64,000 nt of DNA from Saprolegnia diclina VS20. Lineage: Eukaryota. The stretch lies in the NCBI RefSeq assembly GCF_000281045.1, contig NW_008246081.1:179838-243837 (forward strand). Direction: 5' to 3'. Shown here piece after piece: positions 1 to 11,214 of this stretch. The translations under genes were made by a program, and so were the position numbers. Under the pieces are notes generated by a model. It made no database searches. It saw only the letters and a list, made by a program, of their open reading frames with translations, and had not been told where the DNA came from. Position 1 is the first letter of the stretch. The number at the start of each line of letters is the position of its first letter.

Positions 1-732
1 AGCGATGACTTATTTTTTGTATGCCATTCGCCGCACTGGATGTCAAATTCGAACGTGACGTGGCAGCGCGAGGGGCCAGAACGAGGTTGCAACGCACGAT
101 GGCACGCGATGTGCAGGAGATCGAGCACATACACACTGCTGCGTCGAGGTTGGTAACGACGCGAAGAGGATCCGCGTCGCCCATCGCCCTCACGTAGCAA
201 TAGGATCTGAGCGATCTCTTCGGCTTACTGCCCTCCAGATCTTCCTACCAGCAGCACCGGTAGGTAGTTCAGCTCTCGGTAGTAAACGTATACTAGAACC
301 TCGGGTAGCGATCGCGATAGCTAACAGCGATGAGGCGCATCGCAGTGTACTTCCATGAGGAGTTCCGAGAAGCTCCACCGAGAGAGCTCATCGAGAGCTG
401 GCCGCACGTCAACAGCCTAGGCTCTGGGGTACGAGGCATAATCAACAGGACGCACGAACCAACATCGGTGCCATTTGCCTCCAGCTCACTTTGGCTCCAC
501 GCACCTGAACTGCACGAGGCTATATTCCTCCTCTGCAGCTCAGCGGACCCTCTCTTGCGCAAATAGGAGACATCCACAGATTTGCCGCACGACACGACGC
601 GGGCGGACGGCATGCGGTCGAGACACAGTGTTTTGGTCAGAGCTCATACATAATTTGATTACTCTAGGACAGCGATTGAAAGTGCGACGTCATCGTCGAT
701 TGCTACGCACAAGCGTCAGATCCGCCATCCGA

Positions 733-2155
733 TCAGGCATCCAGTACCTTGGCATTGGCGCGTGCACTCGACGTCTGACCTCGCCGCTGGAGCCACTTGT
801 TCTTAGTGACAGGGCTCTTCGTCGCCTTCTCGTCTTCCTCTTCCTTCTCCCGCGCCTCGACAAACTTGGCAAACTGCTTGGTCTTGGGACTCGCCTTCGC
901 TGGACTCGAACCCACGCGCTTGGCGGGCGATGCGGAATAGAATGAGGTTTCAGAAATCGACGTTGACGCTGGGCGCTTGCTGCCCGCCGGTGGCAGCCGC
1001 CGCAAGTTCACGCCTAATGAGCGAGGTGCACGGCCAGGGCCGAGCGACTCGAGCACACTCTTCTTGGGGATCGACCAGTCGTCGTCGTTGGGGTCGATCG
1101 TTTCGGGATCGGGCTCCAGATGCACTTTGAATGGTTTCTTGGCGGGCCGCGCGTCACACTCGTCCGAGACGCGCTTGGTGCTTGTCTTGACCGGCGGGGA
1201 ATCGTCAATGTTTGCGAAGGCTGGCTTGTGCTCGGGTTTCTTCATCGGCGGTCGTGGCAGCTGACGTGGCGGGCACGGGCTGCTGTTTTGGGACGATTGG
1301 ATACGGTTGCTTGATAGCCCAGAAGCGATGAGGTCATCCATCGTGAAGAGGACTTCTTCAGTCTTCTTGGTCTTGGCCGGCGTCATCGGGAGCTCGCTCT
1401 TGAAAAAATCCTCGGCCATTGCGTCCAGCTTCTTTGCGGCCTTCTTGGCGGGCGTCAACGGCTTGGAAAACTCGGAGAACGTCTTATTTGGAGGCACGAC
1501 AGCGACGTCCTTGTCCTTGCGCTCTGTCTTGGGTCCGAGGGGCTTGAAGAACTTGCTGATGTTGGCTGTCTCGGGCGCGCGGTTCTTCTTTTGCTTCTCG
1601 CGCTTGGCTTCCTTTGCAGGCTTCTCGCCATAGACGGCCGCATACGAGTCCTTGATGACCTATGCATGGTTGAAGCCACGAGTCGCTGCAGTCTTCTCGC
1701 CGTACGTTCTTCATTGCCGCCTTGAGGATCGTGCTGGCGTTCTGCGCTGTCCGGTGCTTCCCGGGGAACATCGTAAACGTGTAGACCTTGCGCCACATGC
1801 CCTCGGGACGCTCGATCGCGTTGCCGTCCGCGTCCTGCACGCGCTTGATCATCGAGTCCTGCGTCAGACTACGCGCATGTAGTTGCACACGTCGCGCCGA
1901 TGTCGAGAACGTACATGTCGTTGCTCACAATGCTGATCGGGTACTCGTGCTTGGTGTCGCTGCGGATGCGCACGACTAGCACCATGCCATGAACTCCTCC
2001 TTCTAGGCATGCTGCGTACCGATCGACTCGCGCCGACCGCGCGGGTCGCCGGCGACGAAGGCCGCGCAGTGGTACGCGATGAGCTCGCCGACGCGGAGCT
2101 CCTCCATCGCGAGCGAGTGGCTGCGGTCGTCGTCCTCGTCGCTGGAGATGCTCAT
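733..2155 (-). CDS. Hypothetical protein (4 exons): small N-terminal globular region plus a long Lys/Pro/Ser-rich low-complexity tail
   Basis: ATG at 2155 (MSISSDEDDDRSHSLAMEELRVGELIAYHCAAFVAGDPRG). Three GTAC..AG introns (~1977-2020, ~1868-1913, ~1660-1705) join it in frame to the 733..1497 ORF. Confidence 0.65.
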
Positions 2156-2158
2156 GTA

Positions 2159-4351
2159 TTACGAAGCACTTAGCAGGGATGCGTCCAGGCGGAGGAGCGT
2201 CGTCGCGGTCGAGACGCCGGTCGAGAGCGCGGCCAATTTCGACGACCCGAAATCCAAAATGAGCCCTTCAACGCTTATCGGCCAATCACAGGCGGTGTCC
2301 ACCTCTGCCGGCACATCTGATTGGCTATAATTCGTTTTCCCGCTATTGCCAAGTGGTGGTAGCATCCCGTCAAGCGCACTGCGCAGTCGCGCCCTCAAGG
2401 CCGATGGCATGACGCCGGCAGGGTTCATGCGGGCCACGAGCGCCCGGAGGCTATGGATGTACGCCTTGAGCACCCGCTGTAGCTGCCGCACCTCGACGCC
2501 AGCGCTGCGGTCCATGCCACGCGACGATATCCCATCGACGCGTCGCTCCAGGTGCTCGGCGAGCTCGAGCTCCATGAGGCCGCCGCCGCCGTACACGATC
2601 GTCGTCGTCGTCGTCGTGTGCTCGGCGAGCTCGAGCTCCATGAGGCCGCCGCCGCCGTACACGATCGGCGCGTGCAGGAGTTTGGTGAGTATATCCATCG
2701 CAGCCTAAAAGCTATGATGATCTTGGAGGAAGGACGCAGGCCTTACGTGGATTGCGTGCGTGAGTTCGTCGTAAGCGTGGGTATCTGGGCACGCCAAGCC
2801 AAAGGTCACGACGGCCCGCGCCCGCGACAGGATCGACGGCCCGTCAGCTGTGTTAGGAAGCGCATGGTCGTTTGTGGAGAGCACAAGGTGGGCGCCGTCG
2901 ACGCGGACGCGCGCGAGGTGCCCGAGGTCCTTCTTGGTCACATGTGCGTGCCAGTCGCCGAGCAGCGCCGCGCCTGAGAGTGCTTGCACGGCGCCTACGC
3001 GCAAGCTGCGTCCCTTGCGTCCATCACACAGTGCGTCCTACCTATGTGCTTGATCGAGAGCCGCTCGACGCTCGCGATGCGATGCTTGGCGAGGAGGTGC
3101 ATGAGCGGCAGCGGAATCTTCCTCTGCGACAGCACCATCGTGACGCGTAAGGACGCCAAGTGCGTCGCCAAGCGCTGCCACGTCATCCGATCGGCCTCAA
3201 TTGTGAGCGCATCCATGACCTATCGTTCGCCCTGCGTACAGCTCGGCAGTGACGAGAACGTACGTCGACATCGTCCGCCACAAGCTGCACGTGCAACGGG
3301 TCGTCGGGCGCATGCAGCGAGATGCTGTAGAGCGCAACGACGACGTCGACAAGCGGCGGATATGGCCACGGCGCTGGCACGTCCAGAAACAGCGTGTTCA
3401 AATGCACCTACGCCGTCCGGAGGACGCATGATGCAGGATGCAGGCGAAGCAATGTACGCAGGATGCGATCGGGTCGAGGGCGTCGAGGCGAACAAAGCGC
3501 AGAAGCCGCGCTTCGTGCGGCTCGTCCAGCGCGTCTTGTAACACGTGCACGAATGCCTCCAGCACGAGGCCAACGTGGTGCTGAAGCGCGCTCCCGAGCG
3601 CTGCGACCGCCGTCTTGGGGCGCAAGACGCCGGTGATCACGGCTGCAATCGCGTCGACGTTGCTCCACGCGACCTCGCGACGGCTGTGGCACTGCGCCGG
3701 GTCGCGTAAGAAGCGCTGCGACCACTGCAGCGCCAGCGTGTAGCCTACCATTAGCTGTATGACAGTGGGAAGAGAAGGAGCGAAAGCTTTGCCTTGGATG
3801 ATTTGGGATCGGGAAATGTCCTGGAGCGAGGTGAGCGCCTCCCGCAGCAAGCTACGGAGACGACTGAGTATAGACGCCACGACGCCATGGATACGTGGAC
3901 GAGAAGAGCGCTGCGAAGAGCCCGTGGTCCTTGAATTGCTTCATCTACAGCACGCTGCAACGCGGCAAGACACGTGAAGATGCAGCGTACGTGGCTCTGG
4001 AGAAGCTGGCAATACAAGGTCGCGACGGGCGATGACGTGGCCACACTACAACCAAGAACTTCTTGAGCAAGATGGCCTTTCCACTGCACGCGTCAACTTG
4101 GAGCGCTCAAAGATACGCGCCGCTGTGGACGTGATTGTGATGGCGTCGCCGCAGCGCTCGTTGGCTCGGAGCATGATGCAGCTAGGTTAGCATGATGGGC
4201 GTGCGGTCAATGGCGTCCGGCACGCTTACCGCCCGCGGGGGCCGTAGCATGCACCACACAGCTCGTCGATCGTCCGAACCAGCTGCTCTATCGCGCGCGT
4301 CGTTGCTTCATGGTCGAGGACCTCTGCATCGAAAGCCACGAGCCGTGCCAT
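2159..4351 (-). CDS. BBS6: Chaperonin-like BBSome assembly protein, MKKS/BBS6-like (multi-exon)
   Basis: Spliced segments CGACYGPRGR, MKQFKDHGLFAALF, VLSQRKI..HRIASVERL, LACPDTHAYDEL, YGGGGLMELELAEH and LILDFGSSKLAALSTGVSTATTLLRLD follow the order of MKKS motifs as recalled (CYGPSG, FSDCGLF, LCQKVI..IAIDR, NDTAWDEL, GGGCTE, LDCLTAKLSGLQVAVETA). Confidence 0.8.
2281..2343. promoter_or_regulatory. Two CCAAT boxes and a TTTCCCGC (E2F-like) site inside the last BBS6 exon; probable promoter of the 733..2155 gene
   Basis: GCCAATCA at 2281, GATTGGCT at ~2319 and TTTCCCGC at 2336-2343, about 125-190 nt upstream of the ATG at 2155. Confidence 0.45.
2552..2667. repeat. Perfect 50-bp direct repeat (2552-2601, 2618-2667) separated by a (GTC)n tract
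   Basis: Identical GTGCTCGGCGAGCTCGAGCTCCATGAGGCCGCCGCCGCCGTACACGATCG copies with a 66-nt period, which keeps the BBS6 frame. Confidence 0.95.
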
Positions 4352-4625
4352 GCTCCTCACCGTCGGAAGATCCGCCAGTTGAGTGTGATCCAGGTCGAGT
4401 CCGTGAAATAGTGTGAATTGGATGATGCACGTGGCTACACAGCGTGGCGAGTTCGTGCAGCGAGGTACCTTGAGCACGCACATGCTAGTACGAGCGTTGT
4501 AAGCTTTCGTAGAGCGGCGAGCGACGCGCTTGGCCTGGCGGTCGACTATTCAATAACACTATTTCCGTTCGCAGGCCTTGCGCAGCGTCGATTGGCTCGT
4601 TCAGTCGTTCAAGGCCGCATCCACG

Positions 4626-7600
4626 ATGGGCGACGCTCGGGACCGCGACCAGCTCCTCGACGCACTGGCCGAGGCCACCGCCTTCTTCGCGTCCGAAGGA
4701 CGGGCGCGCATGGCTTTGCGGCGGCCATCCCCAGAGCGCAGCCGCGTTCTGCAGTGGCTCCTCGCCCTCCGCGCGACCGAGCGCGCGGCCGTGTTCACGG
4801 TCGTCGACGCTGCCTTTGTCCGCCTCGTGATCGAAATGAAGGCGGCCGCCAAGTCCAAGCTTAAGGCGCGCGTTGACCAGTTCCACGTGCTTCGCCCACT
4901 CAAGGCCAAGGAGGCTTCCCGCGCGTAGGCTCATGCGACTGCCACTGTCAGCTCATGGCCCGCGTAGTACGTTTAGCCGGCGCCCATTGTTGCGTACGCG
5001 CGACGGCGACGACCTCACATGTACAATGCTCTTGCCTATCTTGACGAGCGGCTCATGCGCTTGTAGTGCCCTACTCGGCGCCGTACGACGAGGCGGCCAC
5101 CGAGCTCGTGGCGAGCTTGCGCATCTTCAACGGCACCAAGTCCTGCGACACGATCTCGCCGTCGACAACGGTCGTGGAGGACGTCGATCGATTCGTGCGC
5201 CTCATGGACGTGCTCATGAAGGGTCATTTCTTGGCCAAAGAGCCGTCCGAGGCGACGCTCAAGACGCTGCCGTGGGCCGAGCAGCCGGTGCCGATACCCG
5301 TCCATCCTCTCAAAGTGCTGACCGGTAGTTGTCTCTAGTGGCTTGCCGACCTCGGGTACTACTCGTTGGCGACGTACGTGGCGCACCAAATGGTACGTTC
5401 ACATGCATTGACCATTCGCTGATGGGGCTGTAGGAGCTTCAGATGTGGCGTCATTTCAAGGCCCAGTCGGTGCCGTCGATCGGGCTCTACGCCAAGCGGC
5501 ATCTCGTTGCGCAGTGGGTCGCCACCGACGCTAGCACACAGGCAACCGTGCTTCTCGGTGTGCAGCAGGAGACGCAAACGTTCTTACTCGACTTTGGCGG
5601 GCGCTCGTGGCCAGCGCTGCGGGCGTCGCTGAGTCTCGTGACTGAGATCATGCAGCCAGCACCGTCACCCGTCGCCACGCCCGAAGCCATCTTCAGCTGC
5701 GGACTCGCCGAGGCCGGCGCTCGACCGCAGTTTGCACTCATCAAGATGCTCTGGGCCGAGCACTTGCAGACTGCGTGCACTGGGCTCCTCGAAGCGTCGT
5801 TAGTGCCTGCGTTACTGGCACCAACCTCAGCACCAACAAGCAATAGTCTCTCGGCCAAGCAGCGGAAACGCAAGGAACACAAGCGCCAGGCCAAAGAGAA
5901 GAAGCGGGAGAAGGAACTGCACGCGTTGAGCCTGGGTCTTGTCCATGCCGAGATGCGCCGGCAGTTCAAGCAGGCCCAGCGCGACAAGGCCGTTGTCAAG
6001 CTCGTGCTCGACGACTTGGTTGAGCGCGTCGTTGCGCTCGCTCCCATACCGCCAAAGCCAAAGCGAACGAAGAAGAAGAAGAAAAAGATGGTCGCGATAC
6101 CCCCAGTGCTGCACAGTGGCGACGAGCGCATGCCGGGCTTTCTGCTTTTGAATCTGGACCAAGAGCCCGTGACGCCGCCCCGGCGCCGGCGCGTCTCGGT
6201 CGACACGAACCCGGGCTTTGACACACCTCTGGACATTTCGACCTTTTTGACGCCGCAAAAGCCGAGCATGCGCTACCAACACTACTTTATCGAAGACGAA
6301 GACGAGTCGAATGACTTTGGAGACGCGTTCGCAGCGCCGTTCTCGCTGGTACCACGTTGCCTCTTGCGATACTCCAACAGCTAACAACACGTTTGCTTCT
6401 TGTAGCCGTCGCCGACGCCCGATGCGACCTTTTACTTTCCGGGCCCGACCGACGACCCGGCGTGCGAGTGGTACCTTCCGTCGTCCGTGCTCTCGCAGTC
6501 CTCTGGCAGCCGCGAAGAGTGGAGTGCGTTCGGGTGGCGGCCGGACGACGATACATATCCGAAAGACCGCACCGTGTGGCGCGCCGACGTACCTGCCCCA
6601 AAGTGCCACGTCGACGCCAGCACGTCCCCAACGACGACGACGACGGTGCCCGACGAGCAGGCAACGCGCGTGGAGGCGCTGCAGCGGCAGTGCGACGAGT
6701 ACGCGAGCGTACGCAAGGCGACAACTTGTCTGTAAAATGCTTGACGTTCTGTGCCAAATAGAGCGTGGCCACGCTGACGACCGAGATGGCGGCGCTGCAA
6801 ACCACGGTGGCCGAGCTGCAGTCGACCTTGTTTCGCGTCCAGGCCGAGCTCACGCAGTGGAAGCAAGAACAGTCGACTGCTCTACCGCCGCCCATCGTCA
6901 CGACACCCGAGCCGGCGCCGGTGCTGACGCCCTTTGTGTCGGTGCCGCTCTCGCTCCTCCCGCCCCGCAGCAAGCTGCACTGGGACATTTGCGAATTTGT
7001 ATCGCAACTGCAAGCTGAGACACAGCACCGCCTCGCCGCCCACACGGCCGTGAGTCGCTTCTGCGTCTCGGCCGTCCAAGCGCTCTGGCCCCGCGCGCAG
7101 GTGCGGCCGTACGGGTCCTTTGTCACGGGCCTCTCGCTGCCGTCCAGGTACGACTTACGAGCGTGTACCAAATGCGCTATCTCCACGATAACCATGTATG
7201 TAGCGATCTCGACTTGGTCATTTGCTTGCCGAAAGTCCGGCGCGACGAGCCGGCCGAGGCCCCCGGCGTCCTCGAAGGTCGCAACGCGATCAAGGAGACA
7301 TGGCAGCAGCACCTTGCGCGCAAGCTGCGCACCGAGCCGTGGGTCGTGCCCGAGTCGGTCAAGACGATCCCGAACGCGTCAATCCCGATCATTACGCTGC
7401 TGACGACGTCGCCGTACAACGTCCGACTCGACATTTCGTTTGAAGGGCCGGGGCACAACGGGCTATCGACCAACGACCTCGTACACTCGTTCGTGCACGA
7501 GCTGCCCGCGCTGACGCCGCTCATGGTCGTGCTCAAGACGTTCATCATTGAGCGCGGACTGGGCGTCGCGTACACGGGCGGCCTCTCGTCCTACGCGCTG

Positions 7601-8467
7601 CTGCTGCTCGTCACGCGCTTCCTGCAAGAATTTGCCGGCGGCAACGGCTTTGACGCGACTGTCGCGACGCAGTGCAACCAGTCGGTCTCGTCGCAGAGCG
7701 CGTCGGACTTTGGCACGATGCTGTTGGGCTTTATGGACTTCTACGGCAACAAGCTGGACCCGCGCGCGACCGGCATCAGCGTCGCGACGCGGTCGTTCTT
7801 GAGCCGCGAACACCACCAGTATGGCCCGGTCGCGGCCGGCTGGCACGCGGTTCAGATGGATCAATTTGAGAATCTCAACTTGTCGTCGCCCGGGTCGCGC
7901 CGCCAGCACCTTCACCACCGCGACAACTGGGCGACGTACGACTACGATCCACACAAGTTTGATCCCGTGTACATTGAAGACCCGCTTCGACCTGCCAACA
8001 ACGTCGGCCGCAACTGCTTTCGCATCATGCAGATCCGCCGCGCGCTCTCGACTGCGTTTGTGACGCTGACCGAGCCGACGCCGCTGCCGTCGTCGCCGTA
8101 CGTTGGCGGCGTCGCACTGCACCCGACCAACCTCCTCCGCAGCATTCTCTCGTGCACGCATGAGCCCAAGTGGAAGGGCTTCACGTACCCCGTGGTTCTC
8201 GAGGCCACAGCGCTGGCGTCGCCCGTGCGCCACACGCCGCGCGAACGCACGGTGACGTCGGCCTCCAAGAGCAAGGACAAGCACAAGCCCAAGCGCCGCC
8301 ACAGCGCGTGCGTCAACGACCTCCTCACCAAGCCCGTGCTGGACGACGGCGCGGTCGCGTACTCGTCGCTGTCGCCGTCGCGGTCGCTGAGCTTTGCCGA
8401 CGTCGTGATTGGCAAGTCGACCGAGACGCCGCCCGGCGCGACCCGTGACGACGACGACGAGGGCTAG
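4626..8467 (+). CDS. Non-canonical poly(A) polymerase / terminal nucleotidyltransferase, TRF4/PAPD5-like, with a large N-terminal extension (multi-exon)
   Basis: Catalytic motif YGSFVTGLSLPS|SDLDLV is rebuilt across an intron at ~7148-7203, followed by LDISF, YTGGLSSY and IEDPLRPANNVGRNCFR (PAP-associated). The N-terminus VLQWLLALRATERAAVFTVVD resembles the plant MEE44-type family. Confidence 0.85.
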
Positions 8468-8506
8468 ATGCACACATGGACGACACGAGATGGTCTATTA
8501 GCCTGG

Positions 8507-9205
8507 TTATGCCCGGCAGTAGATAAACCCCTGGATCCAGCAAACCATACAGAATATGAGATCCTCATTCGTAGGTCGACGCCTACCTCTTTTTCGCGCT
8601 TGCGCTTGATCTGCTCGAGCTTCATGAGCGTCTGGAGGATCTCTTTGCACTGGATGACCGTCACCTGCGTCGCCTTGACGAGGTCGCCGATGGCCCTAGC
8701 GTGGTCAACGTTGTGCAGCGGACAGCCATGGAGGGCACGTACATGCCCCGAAGCGAGTCGGCGAGGACAAAGAGGATGCGCTCGACCTTGTTCATCTCGG
8801 ACGGCGTCTGGTACTTCTTCGGAATCTTGGACCGCACGCCTAGGGTCATGATGGCAAGGCGGATGGATGGAGGTACGTAGTACCTTTGGGCCAGTTCCAG
8901 GTGCGGGATGGCGGCGGCTTGGGCGCAGACTTTGCCGCTTTCTTTGGCCTCGGCGCGTCCGTCGGCGTCGTGGGGCTGGCGCTCATGACGGGCGCGAGGA
9001 CCGGAATCTTGGACGGCGGCGGCGCCTTCTTCTTGGGCGGCTCGATGCAGGACTGCTGCAGCGAGATGCCCGTCATGAGGCCGCCGAAGCGGCTGTTGAA
9101 GGTCACGATGTGGTTGTTGACGGCCGCGAGCTTCTTGACGTTGGCGTCCAGCGCCCGCATCGCGTTGCGGATCCGCCGCATCTCCCGCTCGATCTCGGGC
9201 TGCAT
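8507..9205 (-). CDS. DAM1: DASH/Dam1 kinetochore complex subunit Dam1 (4 exons)
   Basis: MRALDANVKKLAAVNNHIVTFNSRFGGLMTGISLQQSCIEPP matches the Dam1 core pattern (L..N...L......FN..F..L..G.....C...P). The C-terminal region IPKKYQ..VERILFVL..GIGDLVK..CKEILQTLMK..|GFIYCRA* resembles the fungal Dam1 C-terminal helical domain. Confidence 0.7.
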
Positions 9206-9443
9206 GTTCGCCAAGTCCGTTTATCCGGATGGGCACCCCACGGCTTTGCCGCCAAAACAACTCAAACTCAAATTCAAATCGGACATGCCAGGACCCCGAC
9301 AACGCGTGCAGCGACTACGCGCCCACTGCGCACGGACCACGCTCGGCAGGCAAGGAACTGAGCTAACGTCCGACTGCTGGTCCTTTCAGAGGCTCGCGTC
9401 GCAAGGTACTTATAGCAAACACGCAGCCGTCCTTAGTTAGCGC

Positions 9444-10559
9444 TTACGGGCACTTCTTCTGCACGAGCGACGCGCCGTGCTCGGCGTACTCGGTCTTGGA
9501 GATCCACATTTCGTGGAACGAGCCGAGCGACCCGAGGATGGAGCCGCCAAGGAACGGGCCGAGCTTGCGCTCGGGATGCGCGGCTGCGATGAGCTTGACC
9601 TTGTACGGCGTGACCATGGCCGACACTTCGCGCTCGAGGCGCGTCGGCATGTTCTCAAAGCAAGACGAGCCGCCGGTCAAAACAATGTTTTGCAGCAGCT
9701 CCTTCTTCGTGTCGGCGTCGCCCTTGGCCGCGCCTTCGCAGATCATGGTCGGGACAAAGATGCCAGACGACGCGTCCACAGCATGCGACGTCCGACTCGC
9801 GGCGGCTGTGTCGTACGCAAAGTAGCGCTCCGCGACGCTGAAGCGCTCGGTGCCGAACGCGACTTGGGTGCCGTCCGGGAGCTCGTACGGCATCTGCGGG
9901 ATCTGCCCGTTGGCTTTTTCATCAAAGAGCGTCTCCGAGACACGGCAGACCGTCTCCTTGATATCGTGCAGCGGGAGCGACGCGAGCGCTGTGGCGGACG
10001 GCAGCTTGGCCAGCTTGTCCTCAAGGCGGGCGCGCAGAAACGCATTGAGGGCGGCGCCGCCGACGGGCTGGCGAACGACGTTGTGCGCCTGGACGTAGCC
10101 TTCGAGGACGGGCACGACCGAGGTCGCGCCATGGCCCATCTCCACGACGAGGCCCGTGCTTCGGCCGTTCGCAAAGCACGTGAGCACGGCCGCCTTGGAC
10201 ACAAAGTACGCGGGCGCATCGTACTTTTCAAAGAAGAGCTCGGCGAGGGCCTCGCGGTCGCTCTTGCTCTCGTTGGATGACGTGGACACGTTGTGAAGGC
10301 TGCTTTCGCTCCATAGCACCGGGTGCTGCCCCGACGACTCGACGGCGAGCCGCTCGTAGCCTTCGTCGAGCGCAGCCTCGAGCTTGGCCATGGAGGCCAC
10401 GTGGCCGTCGGTCGTCATGACGCCGTTCGTGTCATCCTTCAAGATCCCGCTGCGAGGACCGACGTACCGGGCCGCGTCCTCGCCTGCGAAGCCCATGCGG
10501 GCGCGGTAGCTCCCAAAGTCGCAGACAATCGCATTGAGCTCATCCCCGCCGCAATACAT
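9444..10559 (-). CDS. ARP4: Nuclear actin-related protein 4 (ARP4/BAF53-like)
   Basis: N-terminus MYCGGDELNAIVCDFGSYRARMGFAGED, actin-fold motifs, and C-terminus GGSILGSLGSFHEMWISKTEYAEHG..KKCP typical of ARP4. Single exon. Confidence 0.9.
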   Translation of the reverse strand: MYCGGDELNAIVCDFGSYRARMGFAGEDAARYVGPRSGILKDDTNGVMTTDGHVASMAKLEAALDEGYERLAVESSGQHPVLWSESSLHNVSTSSNESKSDREALAELFFEKYDAPAYFVSKAAVLTCFANGRSTGLVVEMGHGATSVVPVLEGYVQAHNVVRQPVGGAALNAFLRARLEDKLAKLPSATALASLPLHDIKETVCRVSETLFDEKANGQIPQMPYELPDGTQVAFGTERFSVAERYFAYDTAAASRTSHAVDASSGIFVPTMICEGAAKGDADTKKELLQNIVLTGGSSCFENMPTRLEREVSAMVTPYKVKLIAAAHPERKLGPFLGGSILGSLGSFHEMWISKTEYAEHGASLVQKKCP

Positions 10560-11214
10560 TCTCGACGCACGGGCCCAATCGCGCAATTGGCGTTCCTAAC
10601 CGACGCCTCTCTCAGGCATTGTATGCTATACAAATCCAATGGTATTCGCTCGCCGAATCAGAATCCCGCGCCCTCGTGTCACAACGCCCAACACCTCTTG
10701 CTCATCACTGCCTTCAGTACTAGCAGTCATACATATTTGTCTTCGCCTTATAGAAGCGTGCACTAGTGCCCAAGACACCAAGAGAAAGGACGCAGTGCGA
10801 CTCAGTCGTCTGCTAGGAAAACTAGATTATGGTACGCTGATACCGCAGTTGCCGGCCCTGTCCCGTTGGACGACTCACGGCACGTGCATGCCATGTTGAC
10901 ATGAGACGAGCTTGGAGGTGCCTAGGTGCTTGCTTTGTCAGTCAAGCGCTCAGCAACGCAGATGCGCTTCCGTGTTTTCATAACCGACTTTGGACCTGGT
11001 GAATCTTGTCGCGCGTTCGGATCCCGCTTGCGTGGTGCTCGTGCGATCCCTTTTAATGAAATGCAGGCTCCCATCTACTTGAGGTTTGTATGGACTTGAA
11101 GTCGTTGTCGCTCACGTTTACTGGACGCAAGATATGACCACGTCCCTTGAACGGAATCGTACTTGAAGTGCGCCCACCGCGCCACGCAAGGAGTCTCATA
11201 CTCGGATTTGCAGC

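Noticed and set aside
1..690. Short ORFs at the window start
   Set aside because: No recognisable motifs or codon bias, so no gene can be supported.
2552..2667. Repeat-spacer-repeat as a CRISPR array
   Set aside because: Only two copies, the spacer is a microsatellite, it lies in a eukaryotic exon, and there are no cas genes.
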